DNA of 32,000 nucleotides from Candidatus Cloacimonadales bacterium (GTDB lineage: Bacteria; Cloacimonadota; Cloacimonadia; Cloacimonadales; JAFGVF01). Below, piece after piece: positions 16,122-25,147 of the stretch. The translations under genes were made by a program, and so were the position numbers. The stretch covers positions 2,786,097 to 2,818,096 of the forward strand of contig OY762964.1 of the NCBI GenBank assembly GCA_963667035.1. The letters are read 5' to 3'. Under the pieces are notes generated by a model. That model was given only the letters and a program-made list of their open reading frames with translations, had not been told where the DNA came from and ran no database searches. Position 1 is the stretch's first letter; every line of letters begins with the position of its first letter.

Positions 16122-18679
16122 TAATGCCTAAGAAAAGACTCTCTATTTCAAATATTAGAAGTAAGAAAAGCGAGAATGAATCAACTGAAGTTATACTTCC
16201 TGAGTTAGAAGATAATCAGGCTGATTCCGACACTAAACTTGTTAAAGAAATTCCTAAATCAGCAAACCAAGGTGATGGGAATATCGATAATCCAAGAGTG
16301 AAAACAGAAACTCAAGATGATCTAAAATCATTAAAGCATAATCCAACAGGATTTATCTCTAATCACAATGAGGAAAGCGAACCTTCGCTACTAGAATATC
16401 TTGAAGTTGGATACCGAAACAAATGGTTAATTCTAATCATTACTCTTTTGTGTATTATTGGGGCATATGTTTTACACATTAGAAAAGTTCCTTTATTTAG
16501 AACTAGAACTAAAATATTCATCCATGATGATTCAATGGAGCTGGAAGTAATTAATAATAAGCCATTCATAAAAGGGAAAATGGATGTTGCTACTTGGATG
16601 GAAATACTAAAGACTAGAGATGTCTGTAAAAGAGTCTCTGCATACATGAATAATACTATATCTCCCCAAGAAGCTAAGTTGATGATTAACTGTACTAGCT
16701 CAAAAAATGAAGAAAACATCATTTCAATCACCTCAACTAATCCTAATCCAGTTATAGCTACGGACGTTGCTAATAATTTCTATCGTGCACTTAGAGATTA
16801 TGATACGGAAGCCAACAAGCGTAACATTAACAAAACCATAGATTATCTTGAGCATCAACTAAGAGACAAAAATCACGAGCTTGATTCCTTAAACACAGCA
16901 GTAAAAGCTCTTTATGCTAATATAGATTTTAAAAACTACGGTGATAATTTGCATGAAAACTTAAAGCGTTTAAATGCTTTCAAACATAATTTAACAACTG
17001 TAGAAGTAGAGTTAGAAGCTGAGAATGCAAACATAAAAGTTTTGAACTCCAAGCTTAAAGAGGAAGATTCAACCTATATTACTGAAACAACTTATAGTGA
17101 ACCACTTAAAATTAAACTGATGAATCTTGAAGTTGATTTAGCTAGAGCTTTAACTACCTATGGGGAGAATCATCCAAAAGTTATAAGTCTACGTACTAAC
17201 ATAGCAAACATTAAGAAACTTATTTCAGATGGTGTTGAAGAAAGCATTCAAATGAGGAGTATTGGTCAAAATCCGTTAAAACAACAGATTCTAAAGGATC
17301 TCGTTGAATCTCAGACCAGGTCAATATCTTTAACCCAAAAACGTAATGCTTTGAGAAAAGTAATAAAAGAAATGGAGTTGTCTCCTAAAGATAACTCTAT
17401 GCTGGTAAATAAGCAAAGAGAGAAAGATGCTTTAATACTTACCATCACTAACCTTCAAAACCAGATTAATAAAGTCAGATTGAATGCTAACATAGATTTT
17501 AACAGAATAGTTCAATTGGAAGAGGCAACTATTCCGCAGAAACCAATTGGTAAAAATCTACTCTTAATGCTTCTTAATGGATTAGGATTGGGTGTTGCTT
17601 TAAGTAGCATCTTAGTTTTTTTACTTACTAGGTTTGATAACAAGATTAATACTATTAATAAACTTCTTCATGTTTATCCGAACATTCCTATCATAGGTAC
17701 AATACCTAGGTTCAAGTTTAGTCCTATTAAGATTGATGCTCAAACTTCTAATCTAACAGAAGAGGAATTACAGAACAAGGATTTGGTAAACAGTGTTTTC
17801 AATGAAATTGCTTTAAATTTCCGATACCTGATTCTTAACAAAAGGAATAATGCTATTGCAGTGGTGAGTTCTTTAAAAGGCGAAGGCAAATCAACTATAA
17901 CGAACTATTTAGCAGTTGCTTTAGCTAATAATAATACTAAGACTCTTCTTGTTGATGCAGATTTCTATAATCCTCAGATATCTCGATATTACAGTAAAAC
18001 TAAAGCATTCGGATTCTCCGAAGTTCTATCTGAACAAATACCATTGCATGAAGTGATAATAAATACTAAAATTGATAATCTTATGATACTGCCATCAGGC
18101 AAGTGTCCTCCAAGTGTTGGACATCTTTATCACAGTGACAGATTTAAAGAGATTATACAAGAAGTAAAGTCTGTTTGCGATATCATAATTATTGATACTC
18201 CTGCTTCAATGTATTTCCCGGAGACATCAGTACTTGTTAATGAGATGGATTGTGTTCTCCTAACTGCAAAGATGGGATTTACTACAACAATCAGTTGTAA
18301 AAAATTACTAAAGAAGATACAAATCCTAGATACCAAAATTGGGGGAGTAATTGCAAATTCAATGTTAAAAGAGGTTTTCGATAAAACCTATAGTGATTAC
18401 TACAATTATAGTTATGAATATTACTCCCGATACCATAACTACACAAACAATCAAAAGCAGAATTCTTTAACAAAACATATACCTACAGATTTGTTTAAAG
18501 TAGTAAAAAAGAAGGATAAGTTGGAAAGAACATTCTTGCAGGAAGGTGAAATTCTAGACTATGAAGCTCAATCTGAAACAAATTTCGGAAGAATAAATAA
18601 AGATAAAACCTTTGGGCTATTTCTAAAAAAATTAAAACGTTTCCTTGGTCTTGATGATGACTTTGATTTAGGAGAATAG
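16118..18679 (+). CDS. Polysaccharide chain-length determinant (Wzz domain) fused to BY-kinase (bacterial tyrosine autokinase)
   Basis: 853 aa. Wzz-like N-terminal TM (YLEVGYRNKWLILIITLLCIIGAYVL), coiled coil, P-rich TM2 (ATIPQKPIGKNLLLMLLNGLGLG). Kinase motifs VVSSLKGEGKSTITNYLAVAL, TLLVDADFYNP and IIIIDTPAS. Tyr cluster YSDYYNYSYEYYSRYHNY. Confidence 0.9.
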   Translation: MIMPKKRLSISNIRSKKSENESTEVILPELEDNQADSDTKLVKEIPKSANQGDGNIDNPRVKTETQDDLKSLKHNPTGFISNHNEESEPSLLEYLEVGYRNKWLILIITLLCIIGAYVLHIRKVPLFRTRTKIFIHDDSMELEVINNKPFIKGKMDVATWMEILKTRDVCKRVSAYMNNTISPQEAKLMINCTSSKNEENIISITSTNPNPVIATDVANNFYRALRDYDTEANKRNINKTIDYLEHQLRDKNHELDSLNTAVKALYANIDFKNYGDNLHENLKRLNAFKHNLTTVEVELEAENANIKVLNSKLKEEDSTYITETTYSEPLKIKLMNLEVDLARALTTYGENHPKVISLRTNIANIKKLISDGVEESIQMRSIGQNPLKQQILKDLVESQTRSISLTQKRNALRKVIKEMELSPKDNSMLVNKQREKDALILTITNLQNQINKVRLNANIDFNRIVQLEEATIPQKPIGKNLLLMLLNGLGLGVALSSILVFLLTRFDNKINTINKLLHVYPNIPIIGTIPRFKFSPIKIDAQTSNLTEEELQNKDLVNSVFNEIALNFRYLILNKRNNAIAVVSSLKGEGKSTITNYLAVALANNNTKTLLVDADFYNPQISRYYSKTKAFGFSEVLSEQIPLHEVIINTKIDNLMILPSGKCPPSVGHLYHSDRFKEIIQEVKSVCDIIIIDTPASMYFPETSVLVNEMDCVLLTAKMGFTTTISCKKLLKKIQILDTKIGGVIANSMLKEVFDKTYSDYYNYSYEYYSRYHNYTNNQKQNSLTKHIPTDLFKVVKKKDKLERTFLQEGEILDYEAQSETNFGRINKDKTFGLFLKKLKRFLGLDDDFDLGE

Positions 18680-19761
18680 TGAAGATAAAAAAAGATAGAA
18701 TTAAGCGTAAGCATATATATGCTATAACATATCTTTTGATTATAATAGCTACAATCATTATACTTTTATTATTACCTAGGTCATGTAGCTATTCAGGTAC
18801 TATTTATGCCGGAGTCGGAGGATGTGTTTATGATCCCGGTGTATATCCTATGTACAAAGGTATGACTTTATACGAGTTGATTCGTAAAGCAGATGGTATG
18901 AAACCTAATGCTGACTTAGATCGCTTTAATCCGGATATGATTATTGAGCCATGGGAATCATATTGTATTCCCTGCAAAATAAAAAAAGACCCTCCTGTTA
19001 AACAAATTATTGCAGAAGTAGCTCCTTATGCCCCTAAACGAGAGCTTAATGATGTAGACCGCTTCACGATTATCTATGCAGGTTTACCAAGAACTTTTAT
19101 ACTTCTAGATGTTTATCCGAATTACGGACTCATATCAGCAACACATATTCCTTGGTTTACAGCAGTACATGATTTAGTCGGAAATGTAAAGACTCTCTAT
19201 GAAATGTATTTAATCGGAGGAACTGAAGCATTGGTAAGGTCAGTGTCTGATGTTACCCAGACAAATATTGACTACTACTTCGCTCAGGATAGACCTGCTT
19301 GGATTAAATTTATTGATTATCTTGGTGGAGTAAAAGTAGACATTCCGGTTGAATTTGCAAAGCAATACAGAGTAAATAGTGGTATTCATATAATTGATGG
19401 ATACACTTCTTGGTTCTATATTACCTTTATTTCCAAAGAAATGAGAAGAATAGATTATAAAACCGGCTCAATGAATAGAATCACTCGTCAAAAACTTTTT
19501 ATGGAAGAGCTATATGCCAAATTTAAGAATCTGGATTTCTTTAGAAGTAGTCAGATTGGAAAATCCATATTAACAGATGCTGAAACGAATCTCTCTGCAG
19601 CTCAAGCCATAGAACTATCAAACAAAGTCAGGAAGATGTCTTCAAACAATCTAAAGCTTTTCACTTATCCGGGCGTTATCATTAATTATAATGGAGAGAA
19701 CTATTGGGAAGTTAATCCTATCAGATATAAAAATAAAATCTTTAATGAGATAAATAATTGA
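18679..19761 (+). CDS. SLBB-like plus LytR-CpsA-Psr (LCP)-like membrane protein, atypical active site
   Basis: 360 aa, GTG start overlapping the previous stop (TAGTG). N-terminal TM, SLBB-like GCVYDPGVYPMYKGMTLYELIRKADGMKPNADLDRF. LCP-like PRTFILLDVYPNYGLISATHIP, TQTNIDYYFAQDRPAWIKFIDYLGGVKVDIP and NRITRQKLFMEEL. Confidence 0.65.
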   Translation: MKIKKDRIKRKHIYAITYLLIIIATIIILLLLPRSCSYSGTIYAGVGGCVYDPGVYPMYKGMTLYELIRKADGMKPNADLDRFNPDMIIEPWESYCIPCKIKKDPPVKQIIAEVAPYAPKRELNDVDRFTIIYAGLPRTFILLDVYPNYGLISATHIPWFTAVHDLVGNVKTLYEMYLIGGTEALVRSVSDVTQTNIDYYFAQDRPAWIKFIDYLGGVKVDIPVEFAKQYRVNSGIHIIDGYTSWFYITFISKEMRRIDYKTGSMNRITRQKLFMEELYAKFKNLDFFRSSQIGKSILTDAETNLSAAQAIELSNKVRKMSSNNLKLFTYPGVIINYNGENYWEVNPIRYKNKIFNEINN

Positions 19762-19768
19762 GGTATTC

Positions 19769-20491
19769 ATGCGTATTATTCTTGTTACTTTACTTTTTTT
19801 AACTACATTTTCGGTATTTGCCCAACAAACTTATATTCCCCGTATGGCAAAAGATGACTTTTTTAACGGTGAAACTGATCTATCTAACATACCTGATTCG
19901 CTATTGGTCAGTACAGAAGATGAATACATTCTTAGAAAAGGTGACAGAATATCAATTTATGTAATGGATCATTTAGAGTTCTCAAAGCCTCAAATAATGA
20001 TATTACCTGACGGAAGTATTGAGTATCCTTTGATAGGAACTCTGAGAGTTGCAGGACTTAACTCTGCTCAACTAAGGGCTATTATTGAAGAACGTTTACG
20101 TCCTTACGTGACTATACCCATTGTTACTATCTATATTGAAAAAATATTCGGAGAGAAACTCAATATAATTGGCTATGTTAATGGACCTGGAGAATATCAG
20201 CTTTACGAACCTATAAGAATCACTGATGCTATTGCAATGGCAAAAGGTATTATAAACATTAGAGAAGTTAAAACTATAAGAGTTATTCGTAAAGATGGAG
20301 ACGTGTTTAACGTAAGCCTTAAACATATATGGTTTAATGATGATGATGAGACAAACTACAGAGAAAATCTTCTTCTTAATCCGGGAGATACGCTTATTGT
20401 ACCTCCTCCTCGAAGATTTAACTGGAGAATGTATACTGCAATAATTGCAACTCTATCACTTATTCTTCAGATATATATAGCTACTAACTAA
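19769..20491 (+). CDS. Wza-family polysaccharide biosynthesis/export protein (Poly_export + SLBB)
   Basis: 240 aa, signal peptide MRIILVTLLFLTTFSVFAQ. YILRKGDRISIYVMDHLEFSKPQIMILPDGSIEYPLIGTLRVAGLNSAQLRAIIEERLRPYV, IIGYVNGPGEYQL and LLNPGDTLIVPPP, with C-terminal hydrophobic helix. Confidence 0.88.
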   Translation: MRIILVTLLFLTTFSVFAQQTYIPRMAKDDFFNGETDLSNIPDSLLVSTEDEYILRKGDRISIYVMDHLEFSKPQIMILPDGSIEYPLIGTLRVAGLNSAQLRAIIEERLRPYVTIPIVTIYIEKIFGEKLNIIGYVNGPGEYQLYEPIRITDAIAMAKGIINIREVKTIRVIRKDGDVFNVSLKHIWFNDDDETNYRENLLLNPGDTLIVPPPRRFNWRMYTAIIATLSLILQIYIATN

Positions 20492-21830
20492 AGTTTTTTA
20501 TTCTTTTCATATAACTAATCGTCATAGCTAATGAAAGAATGAATGATCCTGCATCAGCAATTGGGAAACTCCACCAAACACCGTTTAACCCAAGAATTCT
20601 TGGAAGTATAAGTATGAGAGGTATCATGAACATTATCTGTCTGGCAATTGATAATACGAAAGAGGGAGCGGCTTTTCCTATGGCTTGGAAAAATGATCCT
20701 GACATTACTTGAAATCCTACTAAGAAGAAAGCTGTAACTATAATCCTAAATGCTGTTGAACCTAAAGCAAGCACTTGTAAATCAGTAGTAAACATTCGAA
20801 TCAAAAAAGATGGAATAGCTAAAACAACTAACATTCCTGTTATAGATATAATAGAGGCTCCTATTGTCGCATCTTTCATAACCTTTCTAACCAAATCATG
20901 TCTTTTCCTTCCATAGTTAAATCCTACAATAGGTTGCAGTCCCTGACCAACACCAAACATAGGCATCATCATGAATGACATAGCTCTGTTGATAACTCCA
21001 TAGGCAGCTATTGCTAAATCTCCACTATATGTTTTTAAAGTTTGATTGATAATAGCTATCAGAACGGATCCTCCAATTTGTCTTACAAATGAAGGCATTC
21101 CAATAATTATAACTTCTTTAAAAATCTGTGGATTCCATCTATATTGCTTAAACTTAAGTTTGAAAATACTTCTACCACTTATGTAATAGTAAAACAGATA
21201 TATAACTGTACATATCTGGGATATAACTGTTGCAATTGCAGCTCCTTTAATTCCCATATTAAAAACGAATATGAATATCGGATCAAGAATAATATTCATA
21301 CCTGCAGCTAATAGCATACTTATCATTGCCCATTTAGCATTACCTTCAGCTCTAACGACGTTGTTGTTGACCTGCATAAAAGTTAAGAACAAGGTTCCCA
21401 TAAAGATAACCCTCATATATTCTTTAGCATAAGGCATGATTGCCTCAGTTGCTCCAAAGACTTTTAATATAGGCTCAAGAAATAGTTGTCCGCAGATAAC
21501 AACAATTGTAGTAAAGAAAAGGACACTTATATGAATAGTATAAAGGGTTAATTCCGCTTTCTTAAAGTTATTCTCACCCAAAGAGCGGGATATAAGTGAA
21601 GCTCCTCCCATTCCAAATACGAAAGAAAATGCCATTATAGCCATCTGTATGGGGAAAGCTATTGTCAGTCCGGCTAAACCCATTGTTCCTACTCCGTGTC
21701 CAATGAAAATGGCATCAACAACATTGAAGAGGGCCATTACTATCATTCCCGTCATTGCGGGAACAGAAAGTCTTATAAGCAATCTACCAACATGTTCATC
21801 TGCTAATATATGTGTATCGTTTTGTTTCAT
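20484..21830 (-). CDS. MATE family efflux transporter
   Basis: 448 aa with 12-TM pattern. N-terminal LSVPAMTGMIVMALFNVVDAIFIGHGVG and LTIAFPIQMAIMAFSFVFGMGGASLISRSLG, later AYGVINRAMSFMMMPMFGVGQGLQPIVGFNYG. Confidence 0.93.
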   Translation of the reverse strand: MKQNDTHILADEHVGRLLIRLSVPAMTGMIVMALFNVVDAIFIGHGVGTMGLAGLTIAFPIQMAIMAFSFVFGMGGASLISRSLGENNFKKAELTLYTIHISVLFFTTIVVICGQLFLEPILKVFGATEAIMPYAKEYMRVIFMGTLFLTFMQVNNNVVRAEGNAKWAMISMLLAAGMNIILDPIFIFVFNMGIKGAAIATVISQICTVIYLFYYYISGRSIFKLKFKQYRWNPQIFKEVIIIGMPSFVRQIGGSVLIAIINQTLKTYSGDLAIAAYGVINRAMSFMMMPMFGVGQGLQPIVGFNYGRKRHDLVRKVMKDATIGASIISITGMLVVLAIPSFLIRMFTTDLQVLALGSTAFRIIVTAFFLVGFQVMSGSFFQAIGKAAPSFVLSIARQIMFMIPLILILPRILGLNGVWWSFPIADAGSFILSLAMTISYMKRIKNFS

Positions 21831-22073
21831 TACGTTCCTTAATCACTTTATTTAAGCTCAGACAGATTAAAGTCAATTATCCTGCAAGCAAAAAGAAAAC
21901 TTTAGATTGTTTAGGGAGAAATATACAATAGGTATGATTCTATTGTCTACTCCAACGCTATCAATTGTTATTGATTTAATTAGCAATGTTTAATTAGGAT
22001 ACAAATCCTATAATCTCTTGCCAAGAATAAATCTTCTATTTTACTTGAAATTAACAAAATCATGGAGAGAGAA

Positions 22074-23795
22074 ATGAAAAAGGTTTTAATTATTACCGGA
22101 ATTGTAGTCGTAGCGATAGTTCTAATTGTAGTACTTGGAGGCTATTTCACCGCTAATCGCTTCTTTAATGCCAAAAGCGGTTTCTCATTAAGATCAACTT
22201 TAACCGAATCAATGGGTAAGAGAGTTGATTATACAGATTTAAAAGTTAAATTGGGATTAGGAGTCAAAGTAGAAATTAATGGTTTCTCAATAGTTGATTC
22301 AGATTATCCGGATAAACCTTTGATTCATGCCGGTAAAGTTTATGCTGATATGAAACTACTTCCTCTTCTTTCTAAAAAAATTGAAGTCGTTAGGATAACT
22401 ATAGACAATCCTGAAATATATTGGAATGATAAGATTAAGTTTGAACAAAAAGAAAAAAAGCCTAACTCAACGACAAAGAGTAGTAAACCCGAAAAATCCA
22501 AAAAAGAAAGTGCTATGTTTAGTTTATCAGTTCCTGAAATTGGAATCAATAAGGGTAAGTTTACCTTTGAAACTGAAACTGATACACTTTTAGTAGAAAA
22601 CATTAATCTAAACCTTCAAGTAAGTGTTAATAACTTGGATAAGGATAAAGAAGATTATTCCGGAACGTTAGAAATAAAGAATATTGATGGCTCCTATGGG
22701 CCCTATAACTGGCAGAGAGCATCAGGTTCAATATCATTGAATCAGGACAAATTATCGTGTGATGAATTGATATTTGCTACATCGCTTGGTAGATATTGGA
22801 TGAAGGTTGATTTGTCTGATTGGAGTCACTTTGGTGTTAAAGATGTTACTCGTCCTAAACTTACATTCCATGTTATCTCTCCTCTTGCTGATTTTTCTAA
22901 GCTTCCAAAACAGGAAAAAGCAAATACGGAACCGGATAGTCTAATCGCAATGGAAGAGATTGAAGTTGAGCAAAAATCAGACATCAATAACGATAAGCTA
23001 GAACTTCCTTTGGATGTCCAAGGCATAATAGATTTTAAGAAAGTAAAAACAGAATTCATTGAAATTAATAGTCTTAAAACCCTTATTGGGGCAAACAACG
23101 ACAAAATATATCTCAATGTTGAGACATCAATTGCAGGTGGAAGAGTTAATCTGGAAACTACTCTGATCAACGGTAAAACAAAATCATTGAAAGATTTAGG
23201 ATATAAGGGAGAATTAACTATAAGTCATATGAGCTTACAGGAAGTCTCAAAATCTCTTATCAAAGATGATTTCTTAGAGGGTAATCTTTATGCCTCTTTT
23301 GATGTACAAGGGACAGGTGTGAGTTTACAAGATATGGTTAGCACTATGGAAGGTCAGGGTACAATATCTTTAAAAGAAGGTTACTTCTATTTACCTGATA
23401 ATGTAAGAGAGTTTGGTAAATATGCTAAGACTCTTAAGAATGATAAGATTAAGGTAAATGTAGAAAATACTTCTACATACAAGAAAGGTATTCTAAAGCT
23501 CGATAATCTTGTTGCTGAATCTGATGTGGCTGATGCTACAATATCCGGTTATATTAAACTTACTGGTTACATCAATACAAAGATAGTAGGAAAAGTCTCA
23601 AGACAAGTTAGTAAAGAGCTAAAAATACCTGGAAAACAAATGTTCTTTGATGAAGAGAAGAGACTTGGATTTAAAGTTACTGTAAAAGGCTCGTTTGAAG
23701 AACCTGAGGTTAAGTTCTATTGGGCTAAACTCACAGGACAGATATGGAAGAATGTAAAAAGGGGAGTTGGTAGCTTAATAAAAGGATTATTCTAG
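22074..23795 (+). CDS. AsmA-like (DUF748/AsmA C-terminal region) membrane-anchored protein
   Basis: Start trimmed from 22062 to ATG 22074 (MKKVLIITGIVVVAIVLIVVLGGYF), with GGAGAG just upstream. KIEVVRITIDNPEIYWN, SLKEGYFYLPDNVREFGKYAKTL and TGYINTKIVGKVSRQ are AsmA-like. Confidence 0.75.
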   Translation: MKKVLIITGIVVVAIVLIVVLGGYFTANRFFNAKSGFSLRSTLTESMGKRVDYTDLKVKLGLGVKVEINGFSIVDSDYPDKPLIHAGKVYADMKLLPLLSKKIEVVRITIDNPEIYWNDKIKFEQKEKKPNSTTKSSKPEKSKKESAMFSLSVPEIGINKGKFTFETETDTLLVENINLNLQVSVNNLDKDKEDYSGTLEIKNIDGSYGPYNWQRASGSISLNQDKLSCDELIFATSLGRYWMKVDLSDWSHFGVKDVTRPKLTFHVISPLADFSKLPKQEKANTEPDSLIAMEEIEVEQKSDINNDKLELPLDVQGIIDFKKVKTEFIEINSLKTLIGANNDKIYLNVETSIAGGRVNLETTLINGKTKSLKDLGYKGELTISHMSLQEVSKSLIKDDFLEGNLYASFDVQGTGVSLQDMVSTMEGQGTISLKEGYFYLPDNVREFGKYAKTLKNDKIKVNVENTSTYKKGILKLDNLVAESDVADATISGYIKLTGYINTKIVGKVSRQVSKELKIPGKQMFFDEEKRLGFKVTVKGSFEEPEVKFYWAKLTGQIWKNVKRGVGSLIKGLF

Positions 23796-25136
23796 CTCTT
23801 GTAAAACCTTCTTATCAAGCATAAACACTCTATCTGATATAGATTTAACAAATGGCATGTCATGACTAACAATTATTATGGCATGCCCTTTCCTTTTCAT
23901 TTCAATAATGATATCCAAGAGTTTTAACTTGTTATTATAGTCTTGTCCAAAAGTTGGCTCATCCAATAGAATCAACGATCTATTCATAGATTGTACAATT
24001 GCTAGTGAAAGTCTTCGTTTTTCTCCAACAGATAAAGTAAAAGGATTTTGCTCTTTTTGTTCATCTAGATCTATCATTTTAAGTAATGAGATATCTCCAT
24101 TAACTTCATCGATTACTCTAGGATAAATGAAGTGGTTTTCAGGGTTCTGGAATAGAAGAGCAATTTCCATAAAGAGTTTCTTTCGTTTCATTCTAACTAT
24201 ATCGGTATCTTGAATACGAACATATCCGTTGTATCCCTTCTGTAATCCTGATATTATTCTTAATAATGTGCTTTTCCCTACACCATTACTGCCTATTATA
24301 GTAATTATCTCACCTTTATGGAGATTAAGGTTGAGGTTTTCATACAAAGTTTTTTGCTTGAATCCAAAACTTAAATTCTCAATTGATAAAAATTTCATGC
24401 TTCCTGGTTTTTGCTCAAGTTGTGGGAATTCTTGTTCCCACTTTATATTATTTAATCCTGATTCAGTCAAAAAACCATTATCATCAATTGAGATTACTCT
24501 GTTTATATAAGGTCTAAAATATTGTAGATTATGTTCTACAATGATAACAGTCTTATTCTCTACTTGCTTGCTAATAATGTTTAACAATTCTTCAGCTGAT
24601 TGCGGGTCCAGAAAAGCTGTAGGCTCATCAAGAAGTAGTATAGACGGATTTGTTATGAGTATTGATAATAGAGCAACTTTTTGTTTTTCACCACCTGATA
24701 AGGATAATACTTCACGCTCAAGCAAGCTTTCTATTCCATGTTGTTTTGCCAGTTCTATGATACAATCTTTGATTGTATCAGGTTCATATCTAAGGTTCTC
24801 CAATCCAAATGCCAGTTCTTGCTTAACCGTCTGGTGAATCATTTGAGAAGAAGGATTCTGAAACAGTAATCCGGATTCTATTTTCTCTCTTTCCGAAAGT
24901 TCAGAAACGGATTTACCTCTATACTCAATTACTCCCGAAAGAGTGCCGTTTATTTGTTCGGGGATTAGTCCTTTAAGTGCATATAAAAGGGTTGTTTTAC
25001 CTGATCCTGAATTCCCTTTTAAGAGAATGAAGTCACCCTGATTAATCTTAAGTTCACCCTTCCAGCCAATACCGTTCTGTTGAAACGGGTAGTTAAAAGA
25101 AAAATCTTTTATCCTGTATATTAATTCTCTTTGCAA
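23787..25136 (-). CDS. Energy-coupling-factor-type ABC transporter, two ATPase domains in one polypeptide (EcfA1-EcfA2-like)
   Basis: 449 aa with two Walker A (GNSGSGKT, GSNGVGKST), two signature motifs (LSGGEKQKV, LSVGEKRRL) and two Walker B (LLLDEPTAFLDP, ILLDEPTFGQD). Start is TTG. Confidence 0.9.
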   Translation of the reverse strand: MQRELIYRIKDFSFNYPFQQNGIGWKGELKINQGDFILLKGNSGSGKTTLLYALKGLIPEQINGTLSGVIEYRGKSVSELSEREKIESGLLFQNPSSQMIHQTVKQELAFGLENLRYEPDTIKDCIIELAKQHGIESLLEREVLSLSGGEKQKVALLSILITNPSILLLDEPTAFLDPQSAEELLNIISKQVENKTVIIVEHNLQYFRPYINRVISIDDNGFLTESGLNNIKWEQEFPQLEQKPGSMKFLSIENLSFGFKQKTLYENLNLNLHKGEIITIIGSNGVGKSTLLRIISGLQKGYNGYVRIQDTDIVRMKRKKLFMEIALLFQNPENHFIYPRVIDEVNGDISLLKMIDLDEQKEQNPFTLSVGEKRRLSLAIVQSMNRSLILLDEPTFGQDYNNKLKLLDIIIEMKRKGHAIIIVSHDMPFVKSISDRVFMLDKKVLQELE

Positions 25137-25147
25137 TTACCAATCCT

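Noticed and set aside
20484-21830. MATE-fold protein as the Wzx flippase of the EPS operon
   Set aside because: Opposite strand, convergent, and sequence reads as a drug/Na+ MATE transporter (IFIGHGVG, PIVGFNYG) rather than Wzx.
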